Assembly: GCF_000020025.1 (NCBI RefSeq)
Contig: NC_010628.1
Span: 900,001-932,000 of the forward strand
DNA: 32,000 bases
Reading direction: 5' to 3'
Origin: Nostoc punctiforme PCC 73102
Lineage (GTDB): Bacteria; Cyanobacteriota; Cyanobacteriia; Cyanobacteriales; Nostocaceae
A model generated the notes under the pieces. That model searched no databases. It worked only from the letters and a program-made list of their open reading frames with translations, and had not been told where the DNA came from. Of the stretch, positions 24,931 through 32,000 are shown piece by piece. Each line of letters begins with the position of its first letter. Positions within the stretch are counted from its first letter, which is position 1. Position numbers and translations under genes: made by a program.

Positions 24931-27045
24931 TTAATCACCTGGAACCAACAACATCCGCGCCTCAATTGCTTCCCAGGTTTGGGGTGACACCCGCACTGCT
25001 GCTTGTTTGCACTGGATGATGAGGTGATTGGCGTAGAGATAATTGCCGAATGCTTCCGCTTCTGCCTCAGATAAATCGATCATTTCTAGGGTGAGATTGA
25101 AAGCATAAAGTAAGGTTTGTTGTAGGTGTTTAGCAAATGCCAGACGCGCTTCCCTTGGCTGTTTAACATCAGGAACTTTAGCTCTCAGTGCTTCTAGACG
25201 GGCAATCAGCACAGTAAAGTTGATGTTATTGAAGATTTTTAATTTTTCTAGTTGACGAGAGTAGTTGATAGCTTCGGCGTTGGCGTAGGCGTTGGCGTAG
25301 GCGTTGGCGTAGTCTTTGGCGTTGGCTTTGTTGTAGGCTTTGGCGTAGGCGTAGGCGTTGGCGTTGGCGTAGGCGTTGGCGATGGCGTTGGCGTAGTCTT
25401 TGGCGTTGGCGTTGGCGTAGGCGTTGGCGTAGGCGTTGGCGTAGGCGTTGGCGATCGTCATCGCAACTGCACGTTTACCAACAGGTTTAAAATCCCCTGT
25501 CGATCCAACTGTTACCTGTTCTGCCCAGTTTAATAAAGCTTGCAACTTCGGGATATTAATATACTTTTGCGCTTCTTTTTCCATTAGCAACAGCAAATTA
25601 TCTGCACCACCACGCATTAACCCAGCTACTAACAAAAACACCTCTTTCCAGCGCTTATCTATTAGATGTTCAGTAACTAACTTATCAACTTGGCGATGGT
25701 CATCAATATATTGTGCTGTTAAATATTCTTGTAGCGTTAGATGAGAGAAGGAAAAGACATCCTCGGCTCGTTCTACCAAAATTCCTTGTTGAATTGCGAT
25801 CGCATTCAGCACTGATTCTCCATCTAAATGCTGAGGTGCATTCAGATTACTCGCTAAAAATGTTTTAATTTGTTGAACAATATCTCGTTGTGAAAAGAAT
25901 AGCCTGTCAGACTCAAAACCTGTATAAGCAATTTCTGATAGTAATATCTCTTCTAATTCTGTATGCAGTCCTTGATAAATCTCTTCTCTGAGAATTCGCT
26001 TTTCCGATGCCCACTCTTCTAGCAATATCCGCAGTGCCTTCCGGTAAAGAACACTGCGATTATCTGGAAAACTTTGGGAACGGTCATAAACTAAACACAG
26101 AAATGTCAGCAATAAAGGTGTGTGCGCCAACTCTTTAGCAGCTTCATGTTCTGGTTTTTGTAGTAACTCCCAGCATTTCTCGCCTGTCTTCGCCTGCTTG
26201 TCTGCTTCACAATGAAACCAGTTATCAATAAATTGCTGAATTTGAGCATTGTCGAAATCTGCCATTGCCACATCACTAAAGCGGCGAAAAGCGCTGCGAT
26301 AAGCCGCCGTGCGACAGGAGGCAATAAAACGATTTTTATCGTACTTATCAACAAAATTTTGAATTTCGCTAATTGCCTCAGTCAAATTTCTTGTTGGTAC
26401 TTCATCTAACCCATCCAGCAAAATTAGTAATTTACCTGCTTCTAAAGCTTTGGCTGTAAATTTATCTGGTGATGGAAAGCCGCAAATACGAAACTCTTCA
26501 GTAATAAAAGTTTCAATATTTATATTGCTAGATGCAAACCTTTTCAATTCGATAAAAACTGGAATACAGTCGTGTTTAAATCCTCCTTTTTTACCTTGGA
26601 GCGCTTCTAGTCCCATCTTCCGCACAAATGTAGACTTTCCTGCACCAGGGCCACCAAGTACCATCAGATATTGCTTATCGTTAGCAACTTTTATTCCTTC
26701 TTGTTTGCCACAATTTTGAGGTTGAAATCTGCGGTTGTTAGCTTGGCGATATAAATTTTCTAAATTTTCAATAGATTCAAAGCTCTGAATAGCATCATCA
26801 TCTAAAAACTGCACAGCTGTATAGAGCGATTCCAGCTTGACAGGTTCACGCATTCCTAATACTTTGAGAATGCCATGCCGTTCTTCGTAGTTCTTTTCAT
26901 ATTGCTTTGATGCAGCAAAAATTAACTTCTTGGTTTTTTCATCCAGAGTTTTACCCAATCCTACTAAAACCTGACCACCGATTTGGGCAAACATAGCGGC
27001 GACACCGCTAACGGCTGATATCGCCCAAGGTTCCATTCCTGTCAT
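24931..27045 (-). CDS. NACHT-family STAND NTPase with a hydrophobic N-terminal segment and a C-terminal helical region carrying an (X-Ala)n repeat insert
   Basis: 704 aa. Walker [11 protein letters not shown] (aa ~130-139). Walker [12 protein letters not shown]. Hydrophobic N-terminus [26 protein letters not shown]. Confidence 0.85.
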   Translation of the reverse strand: MTGMEPWAISAVSGVAAMFAQIGGQVLVGLGKTLDEKTKKLIFAASKQYEKNYEERHGILKVLGMREPVKLESLYTAVQFLDDDAIQSFESIENLENLYRQANNRRFQPQNCGKQEGIKVANDKQYLMVLGGPGAGKSTFVRKMGLEALQGKKGGFKHDCIPVFIELKRFASSNINIETFITEEFRICGFPSPDKFTAKALEAGKLLILLDGLDEVPTRNLTEAISEIQNFVDKYDKNRFIASCRTAAYRSAFRRFSDVAMADFDNAQIQQFIDNWFHCEADKQAKTGEKCWELLQKPEHEAAKELAHTPLLLTFLCLVYDRSQSFPDNRSVLYRKALRILLEEWASEKRILREEIYQGLHTELEEILLSEIAYTGFESDRLFFSQRDIVQQIKTFLASNLNAPQHLDGESVLNAIAIQQGILVERAEDVFSFSHLTLQEYLTAQYIDDHRQVDKLVTEHLIDKRWKEVFLLVAGLMRGGADNLLLLMEKEAQKYINIPKLQALLNWAEQVTVGSTGDFKPVGKRAVAMTIANAYANAYANAYANANAKDYANAIANAYANANAYAYAKAYNKANAKDYANAYANAYANAEAINYSRQLEKLKIFNNINFTVLIARLEALRAKVPDVKQPREARLAFAKHLQQTLLYAFNLTLEMIDLSEAEAEAFGNYLYANHLIIQCKQAAVRVSPQTWEAIEARMLLVPGD
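25275..25453 (-). repeat. Hexanucleotide (GGCGTT/GGCGTA) microsatellite-like tract within the NACHT CDS, encoding ANAYANAY...
   Basis: About 30 consecutive 6-nt units with few substitutions. On the coding strand these are AACGCC (N-A) and TACGCC (Y-A). Peptide: [62 protein letters not shown]. Confidence 0.9.
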
Positions 27046-27109
27046 AAAATTATCAGTTAATATACTTAAAAATTAAAACAAAGTTGTATTATCAACTCTA
27101 AGTTATATT

Positions 27110-27874
27110 ATGACAACTAGACCAAGCTTCAATTCCTGGGTTATCTGTCCCCAACCAAATCCGCAAGCAAACTTGCGTTTATTCTGCTTTGCCTACGCTG
27201 GTGGTAGCGCGGCAATTTTTCGCACTTGGCCTAATAATCTACCTAGTAATGTCGAAGTCTGTGCTGTGGAATATCCGGGACGGGGAAGGCAGATTAAGTC
27301 TGCACCCTTGACGCGATTAGAACCTCTTGTGGAAGCGATCGCTCCAGTTCTGTTACCATACTTAGACAAACCATTCGCCTTTTTCGGTCATAGTATGGGC
27401 GGATTAGTTAGCTTCGAGTTGACCCGTCTACTTCGCTTTCAGTATAATCTTGCTCCCTTTCACCTCTTCATCTCTGCTCGTCGCGCTCCGCAATTGCCAC
27501 CCATAAAACCACCCCTCCACATCCTCTCAGACCATGATTTGCAAAACGAGCTACACAGTCTTAACGGTACACCTAAAGCAGTGTTAGAAAGCGAGGAACT
27601 AATGCAGATATTTCTCCCGATTTTGCGGGCAGATTTTGCAGTTCTAGAAACTTATATTTACAATCCAAAGCAGCCACTGGAGTGTCCTATTAGTGTTTTT
27701 GGTGGTTTGCAAGACCAAGACATTAGTCATGAAGCTTTGCAAGCATGGCGAGAACAGACCATCGCTGCTTTCTCATTACATGAGTTCAACGGCGACCACT
27801 TTTTCATCCATTCACACCAAGAATTATTACTTAAACTTATATATCAAGAATTGCAGATGCGTAACGGTAGCTGA
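27110..27874 (+). CDS. Type II thioesterase (alpha/beta hydrolase, NRPS/PKS-editing type)
   Basis: 254 aa. LFCFAYAGGSAAIFRTW. Nucleophile elbow GHSMGG. C-terminal GDHFF. Confidence 0.85.
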   Translation: MTTRPSFNSWVICPQPNPQANLRLFCFAYAGGSAAIFRTWPNNLPSNVEVCAVEYPGRGRQIKSAPLTRLEPLVEAIAPVLLPYLDKPFAFFGHSMGGLVSFELTRLLRFQYNLAPFHLFISARRAPQLPPIKPPLHILSDHDLQNELHSLNGTPKAVLESEELMQIFLPILRADFAVLETYIYNPKQPLECPISVFGGLQDQDISHEALQAWREQTIAAFSLHEFNGDHFFIHSHQELLLKLIYQELQMRNGS

Positions 27875-27902
27875 TATTAGTTATTAGAGAAAAAGGAGTT
27901 AG

Positions 27903-27930
27903 GAGTCAGAATATCGAATTTTACTGACTC
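27903..27930. terminator. Weak hairpin between the convergent thioesterase and exbD
   Basis: GAGTCAG (27903-27909) pairs with CTGACTC (27924-27930), with a 14-nt loop. Confidence 0.25.
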
Positions 27931-27962
27931 TCTGAACTTCTGATGTACAATATTTCTACTTT

Positions 27963-28364
27963 TTATTTTTGGGTAGCGATCGCTAACTTTGCCCCTTCAA
28001 CTTTACGAACCCGATCCATCACCGCTACTACTCGACCATAATCAACTTTCTCATCAGCATTAATAATCACCAACACGTCTGAGTTAGAACCAACTAAAGC
28101 ACGTACTTGTTCTGTTACATCATCAACTGCAATTGGTTTCCGGTTCAGACTTACCTGTTCTTTGTCATCTACCGTAATGGTAATTCTAGTTGGAACTTGC
28201 TGTTGTTTTGCTGTGCTAGCCTTCGGTAAATTTACTGGTAACCCTTCTGAACGGGTTAAAAACAGAGTTGACATGATAAAAAATGTCAAAATTGCAAAAA
28301 TCACATCAATCATCGGCACGATGTTGATCTGTAATGGAAGTTCTGGCTCATCTGGTAGACGCAT
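27963..28364 (-). CDS. exbD: ExbD/TolR biopolymer transport protein
   Basis: Single N-terminal TM helix (NIVPMIDVIFAILTFFIMSTLF) followed by a periplasmic domain. ATG 28364 is preceded by GAGGAG with ~9-nt spacing. Overlaps the exbB stop by 17 nt. Confidence 0.85.
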   Translation of the reverse strand: MRLPDEPELPLQINIVPMIDVIFAILTFFIMSTLFLTRSEGLPVNLPKASTAKQQQVPTRITITVDDKEQVSLNRKPIAVDDVTEQVRALVGSNSDVLVIINADEKVDYGRVVAVMDRVRKVEGAKLAIATQK

Positions 28365-29001
28365 AAGTTTTTTCTCCTCTTTCATAACGACGACGGTAGA
28401 GTAATTCTAACTGTCCCCCATACTCTTGAATTAAGGCAATTTGCCTTTGATACAATCCCCGGAAGGTATTGGCAAACATGAGTATGAATATAGCAACTAT
28501 TAATCCTGATGCTGTTGATACCAAAGCTTCACTAATCCCGGCGGTAACATTTGTCGTTTTGCTACCTCCCACATCACCAAGATTTAGGGAAGCAAAGGAG
28601 GCTATCAATCCTAATACTGTGCCGAGAAGACCCAACAGTGGTGCCAGACTAATGATTGTCTCGAAAATGTTTTGAAAACGTTTTAACACAGGTATCTCAG
28701 CCTGGGATTCGCTTTCTAACGCCAAACGAAATTCTTCTGGATTTGGCTCTTCCAATTCTAAAGCCGCAAGAAAAATCCGTGCCAATGGTAAATCTGCGTT
28801 TTTCTGAAGTTTATCCATTGCGCCGACAACATTATCAAGACGGTAGAGATTCAAAACATCTCGCACTACACGGTTTTGACGCTGATTAATCCGTACCCAA
28901 AACCTGATCCGCTCGATGATCAGTGCCACACCCAATACCGAAAACGCCAACAGGGGCCACATGACCACACCGCCTGCTGCAAACAAATTCTGAATTCCCA
29001 T
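28348..29001 (-). CDS. exbB: ExbB/TolQ/MotA-family proton channel
   Basis: 217 aa with three TM segments and the conserved C-terminal region LAPLLGLLGTVLGLI...GISEALVSTASGL. Confidence 0.9.
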   Translation of the reverse strand: MGIQNLFAAGGVVMWPLLAFSVLGVALIIERIRFWVRINQRQNRVVRDVLNLYRLDNVVGAMDKLQKNADLPLARIFLAALELEEPNPEEFRLALESESQAEIPVLKRFQNIFETIISLAPLLGLLGTVLGLIASFASLNLGDVGGSKTTNVTAGISEALVSTASGLIVAIFILMFANTFRGLYQRQIALIQEYGGQLELLYRRRYERGEKTYASTR

Positions 29002-29087
29002 GTAGTGCCTCTATAACATCATCCACAATACAAAATCAGACTACCAGAATCTAGTTCAAAGCTGAAACTTTTTCTCAATAAAATATA

Positions 29088-29138
29088 AAATATAATGATA
29101 ACTTTTTCAAATGTAGCCATCATGATTTTTATTTAATT
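29088..29138. promoter_or_regulatory. A/T-rich Fur-box-like sequences in the exbB-tonB divergent promoter region
   Basis: AATATAATGATAACTTTTTC (about 29089-29108) and CATCATGATTTTTATTTAAT (29119-29138) partly match the GATAATGATAATCATTATC-type iron box. Confidence 0.25.
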
Positions 29139-29343
29139 GTTCGTTTGCTTTGCATAAAAAAATTTAATTGGATTGAAACAAAAATTAATTTTGTTCAAAT
29201 ACCATGATATTGGTGGTTTTAAAAGATGTTTTTGCTAGTGAAGGGTTCCGTAAGGCGATCGCAATTAATTTTAATTTTTGACTTGATATTTGTAACCTTG
29301 CATTCTAAGATGGCTAAATTAGTGAGAATAGGTAGCAATAGCT

Positions 29344-30786
29344 ATGAGTTTTTCTGGCATTACTGTCGAGCAACGTTCCAAAGAAGTTGAGGCTCTCAAG
29401 TCTTTTCTGACTTACAGTCTGATAGGTTCACTGGCGCTGCATATCGGCGTATTGTCATCAGGCATAGGTAATTATTTGACGAGAGTGCCTAAAGAAGAAG
29501 ATGAAGCGATAGAGTTAGCGATCGTCGATTCTCCGGCTGTGGAAGCAGAAAAACCGCTTGAAAAAATTCCAGAAGAACCCAAAAAAGAACCTGAAGTTGT
29601 TCAAAAACAATCTATAGAAACTCCACAAGTACAAAAACCAGTACAAGAATTGATTGAAAGATCGACAATTCAACCAGTTCAACAACCGCAACAAACTATT
29701 CAAAACCCACAGCCAGTTCAACAACAACCACAACAAACAACTCAAAACCCACAGCCAGTAAATAGGGAAATTGCTCCCAAACCATTCGTCCCTGTGACAA
29801 CTGTTGCTCCTCAGAGTGGTGGTGGTGGTGGCGGTGGCGGCTCTGGTGTTGGTTTAGGCTCAGGTAGTGGTATTGCTGTAGGTACAAGCAGCGGTACTGG
29901 CGCTGGTGGAGGAACTGGCACTGGCTCTGGTGGTGGCATTGGCAGTGGTACTGGCACTGGTGTTGGCTCAGGAATTGGCTCAGGTACTGGTAATCAAACA
30001 GAAAATCGTCCGCCAGTAGCAACAGCGCCAACAGCACCAACACCTCCAAAAATTAACAGTTCAGGTAATGGTAATGGTCGTGCAGCCTGCCGCGAATGTA
30101 ATGCCAAATATCCAGAAGCTGCAAGGCAGCGAGGAGTTGAAGGCAGAGTAGAAGTAGCTGTCGATACTGATGCACAAGGCAATGTTACCAATGTTCGGGT
30201 TGCTCGCTCCAGTGGAAACCGCGATTTGGATGAAGAAACTGTAAGACAGGCGCGTGACTGGAAATTAAAACCCGCAGAAGGTGGTAGACAAGGGGTATCA
30301 ATAGCCACTGAATTTGCCATACAAGGTTCACGGCGATCGCGCCAAGTTCAAGAACGGAAAAGACAAAGAGAAGCACAAGAGAGAACCCAACAGACAACGG
30401 CTGCTAACTCCACAAATTCCACAGAAGAAGCTCCAAAACGTAGACGCAGAGAGTTGACACCACCTTCATCTAATGAAGTTAGAGCTACAAGACCAGCAAT
30501 ATCTGGATTTAGTAGACGATTGGAACCTCAAACAGCGGAAAGTACTCCTACCAACTCATCATCTGGAGCTAGCACAACTCGCACTCAAGGAACTGCTAGA
30601 GAGTCTTTACGCCGCATCCGGCGTGAGCAAACAGCTAACGATTCATCACAAAAGCCACAACCAACCGCAAATAGGCGGCGGCGAAGAGATAACGCTAACC
30701 AGAATAAATTGCGGGACTCGTTGCGCCGTTTACGCCAACAACCTCAATCGCAACCTACTGCACCGCCTGCTACAAGTCAGGAGTAG
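29344..30786 (+). CDS. tonB: TonB-family energy transducer with Q/P-rich and Gly-rich spacers and a ~150-aa basic C-terminal extension
   Basis: N-terminal TM anchor LIGSLALHIGVLSSGI. Spacers EEPKKEPEVV and QQPQQT.QNPQPV (twice). A (G/S/T)-rich tract. TonB_C-like domain YPEAARQRGVEGRVEVAVDTDAQGNVTNVRVARSSGNRDLDEETVRQARDWKLKP. Then an R/Q/S/T-rich tail. Confidence 0.8.
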   Translation: MSFSGITVEQRSKEVEALKSFLTYSLIGSLALHIGVLSSGIGNYLTRVPKEEDEAIELAIVDSPAVEAEKPLEKIPEEPKKEPEVVQKQSIETPQVQKPVQELIERSTIQPVQQPQQTIQNPQPVQQQPQQTTQNPQPVNREIAPKPFVPVTTVAPQSGGGGGGGGSGVGLGSGSGIAVGTSSGTGAGGGTGTGSGGGIGSGTGTGVGSGIGSGTGNQTENRPPVATAPTAPTPPKINSSGNGNGRAACRECNAKYPEAARQRGVEGRVEVAVDTDAQGNVTNVRVARSSGNRDLDEETVRQARDWKLKPAEGGRQGVSIATEFAIQGSRRSRQVQERKRQREAQERTQQTTAANSTNSTEEAPKRRRRELTPPSSNEVRATRPAISGFSRRLEPQTAESTPTNSSSGASTTRTQGTARESLRRIRREQTANDSSQKPQPTANRRRRRDNANQNKLRDSLRRLRQQPQSQPTAPPATSQE

Positions 30787-30850
30787 AGATGTAAAAGTAT
30801 TACGTCTCTAGAAGGATGTAGAATTTCCTGATTTTTTGTCAGTATTTCAA

Positions 30851-30916
30851 CAGGTACGGTTATTGCGTAGGCGTAGCCCGTCGTAGACATCGCACATTGC
30901 TATAAAACCGAACCTG
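30851..30916. mobile_element. Small (66 bp) MITE-like palindromic element
   Basis: Terminal inverted repeat CAGGTACGGTT (30851-30861) and AACCGAACCTG (30906-30916), 10 of 11 bp. Core GCGTAGGCGTAGCCCGTCGTAGACATCGC. The ACGGTT/AACCG termini resemble those of the 153-289 element. Confidence 0.45.
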
Positions 30917-30950
30917 CTGAACTTGAAGGTTGATTTAGTCTAATAACTAG

Positions 30951-31039
30951 GAAGCTTGAGATTGAGCTTTGTGCAATTTAAGATTGCTTAACAACCCATT
31001 TTATCAGCTGTTCGCAAGCTAAGAAGCTTGAGATTGAGC
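30951..31039 (+). repeat. 17-bp perfect direct repeat GAAGCTTGAGATTGAGC upstream of the small HSP gene
   Basis: Copies at 30951-30967 and 31023-31039, spaced 72 bp start to start. Similar flanks: CTAG/CTAA before, TT/CT after. Confidence 0.85.
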
Positions 31040-31069
31040 CTCCTAAGACAAAATAGTTCATCTTAGAGG
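31039..31069 (+). promoter_or_regulatory. Candidate RNA thermometer: a 5'-UTR hairpin sequestering the Shine-Dalgarno sequence of the small HSP gene
   Basis: CCTC(C)TAAGA (31039-31048) pairs with TCTTAGAGG (31061-31069): 9 bp, one bulged C and a 12-nt loop. The 3' arm contains the SD AGAGG. The ATG is at 31078. Confidence 0.45.
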
Positions 31070-31077
31070 TGATAGTT

Positions 31078-31575
31078 ATGCCACTGGTGCGTTGGAACCC
31101 ATTCCGGGATAGTGAACGTTTAGAACCATTTCGGGATACTGAATCTTGGGAACCATTCCGAGAAATCGACACCTTGCAGAGGCAAATGAATCGTTTATTT
31201 GACAGATTGATGCCAACTACTAATGGTGGTGAGAGGTCTGGATTTATATTTAGTCCTGCTGCTGAACTAGAAGAAACTGATGATGCAATTCGCTTGAGAC
31301 TAGAAGTACCTGGTCTAGAAGCAAAAGATATCAATGTAGAAGCAACTCCCGAATCAATTTCGATTACCGGTGAGCGTAAAACTGAAACCAAGAGTGAAGA
31401 AAACGGTATTACTCGGTCTGAGTTCCGTTATGGGAAATTTCAGAGGGTAATCCCCTTACCTTCCCAAATTCAAAATGACAAAGTGCAAGCTGAGTACAAA
31501 AATGGTATTCTCCAGTTAACTTTGCCGAAAGCGGAATCAGAAAAACACAAAGCCGTCAAAGTCAATCTTGGTTAA
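31078..31575 (+). CDS. hspA: Hsp20/alpha-crystallin family small heat-shock protein
   Basis: 165 aa from ATG 31078. Alpha-crystallin core AIRLRLEVPGLEAKDINVEATPESISITGERK...FRYGKFQRVIPLP...AEYKNGILQLTLPK. Confidence 0.93.
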   Translation: MPLVRWNPFRDSERLEPFRDTESWEPFREIDTLQRQMNRLFDRLMPTTNGGERSGFIFSPAAELEETDDAIRLRLEVPGLEAKDINVEATPESISITGERKTETKSEENGITRSEFRYGKFQRVIPLPSQIQNDKVQAEYKNGILQLTLPKAESEKHKAVKVNLG

Positions 31576-31630
31576 TTCAATTCAACATTCGGGAGTCTTG
31601 GACTTTCTCTGATATTTTGATTAGCGATGA

Positions 31631-31668
31631 GAACCGCCTTCTTAAAAACGGGAGGTGGTTCTTCTTTA
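31631..31668 (+). terminator. Rho-independent terminator of the small HSP gene
   Basis: GAACCGCCT (31631-31639) pairs with AGGTGGTTC (31653-31661): 9 bp including one G-U pair. Followed by TTCTTT. Confidence 0.6.
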
Positions 31669-32000
31669 TACATAAATTGTTTTGCTACTCCTAACCCATC
31701 TACTATGGGGAAGAGGGCTTAAAAGTGGTCTACTTTATATAATTGGCAATTATACACACTGGTAATAACTTGATTTTTCCATCAATAAAAGTAGAAGCGA
31801 ATAATCTTGCACTCCCCTATGCTCAATTTCCCTGATGAGGTCGATGAAAATCGTTTCTACATCCAGATGAATCAAAATCAGGGACTGAAGGATACTCTGG
31901 TAAGATTTAATTCACAGTCTATTCAAGCACCTCCAAAAGGTCTTTAAGAAACTATTGTCGAAGTGTAATCTTATCCAGCCAAACTAGTTTATGCTTGCCT

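Noticed and set aside
25252-25533. 93-aa GVGVGV ORF on the + strand
   Set aside because: It is an antisense reading of the hexanucleotide repeat inside the well-supported NACHT CDS.
28365-28385. Upstream ATG (MKEEKKL) as the exbD start
   Set aside because: The GAGGAG within these codons is ideally spaced as an SD for the ATG at 28364.
29515-30397. Several minus-strand ORFs (76, 117, 108 and 70 aa), plus the + strand 112-aa ORF at 30473-30811
   Set aside because: They overlap the low-complexity regions of tonB, which stay open in several frames, and have no independent signals.
30978-31391. 137-aa minus-strand ORF
   Set aside because: It lies antisense to the clearly homologous Hsp20 gene and its leader.
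31819-31947. 42-aa ORF (MLNFPDEVDENRFYIQMNQNQGLKDTLVRFNSQSIQAPPKGL)
   Set aside because: It is too short, has no recognisable motif or RBS, and lies near the window edge.

Overview
The window looks like a chromosomal segment of a filamentous, Nostocales-like cyanobacterium. It carries about 20 or more copies of the HIP1 palindrome GCGATCGC (e.g. 4750-4757, 5088-5095, 6086-6093), heptamer and 21-nt tandem arrays, and G/C-tract palindromic MITE-like elements. I saw no rRNA, tRNA or CRISPR. All domain calls come from motif recognition by eye, not from database searches. Contents, left to right: (1) a 21-nt tandem array interrupted by a MITE (1-314); (2) a TPR + nSTAND-type P-loop NTPase fused to a CHASE2 sensor but split by one in-frame TAA (358-4653); (3) a HAD phosphatase; (4) a CysO/MoaD-like sulfur carrier next to a Zn-ribbon threonine-synthase-like PLP enzyme; (5) a 0.84-kb AT-rich leader with stacked hairpins; (6) a five-gene + strand cluster (8196-19874) encoding four signal-peptide DUF11/TIGR01451-repeat surface proteins and a 1384-aa protein with Ig-like domains and a very large predicted beta-barrel; (7) miaB; (8) a carotenoid cleavage oxygenase; (9) an Hmp-type single-domain globin split at codon 7/8 by a 1.0-kb IS5/Harbinger-like IS; (10) a 21/42-nt tandem array; (11) a NACHT NTPase with an (X-Ala)n hexanucleotide-repeat insert; (12) an orphan type II thioesterase; (13) exbB-exbD divergent from an atypical tonB; (14) a small HSP with a candidate RNA thermometer. 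The five-gene cluster is my best candidate for an undescribed export or surface-fibre system.
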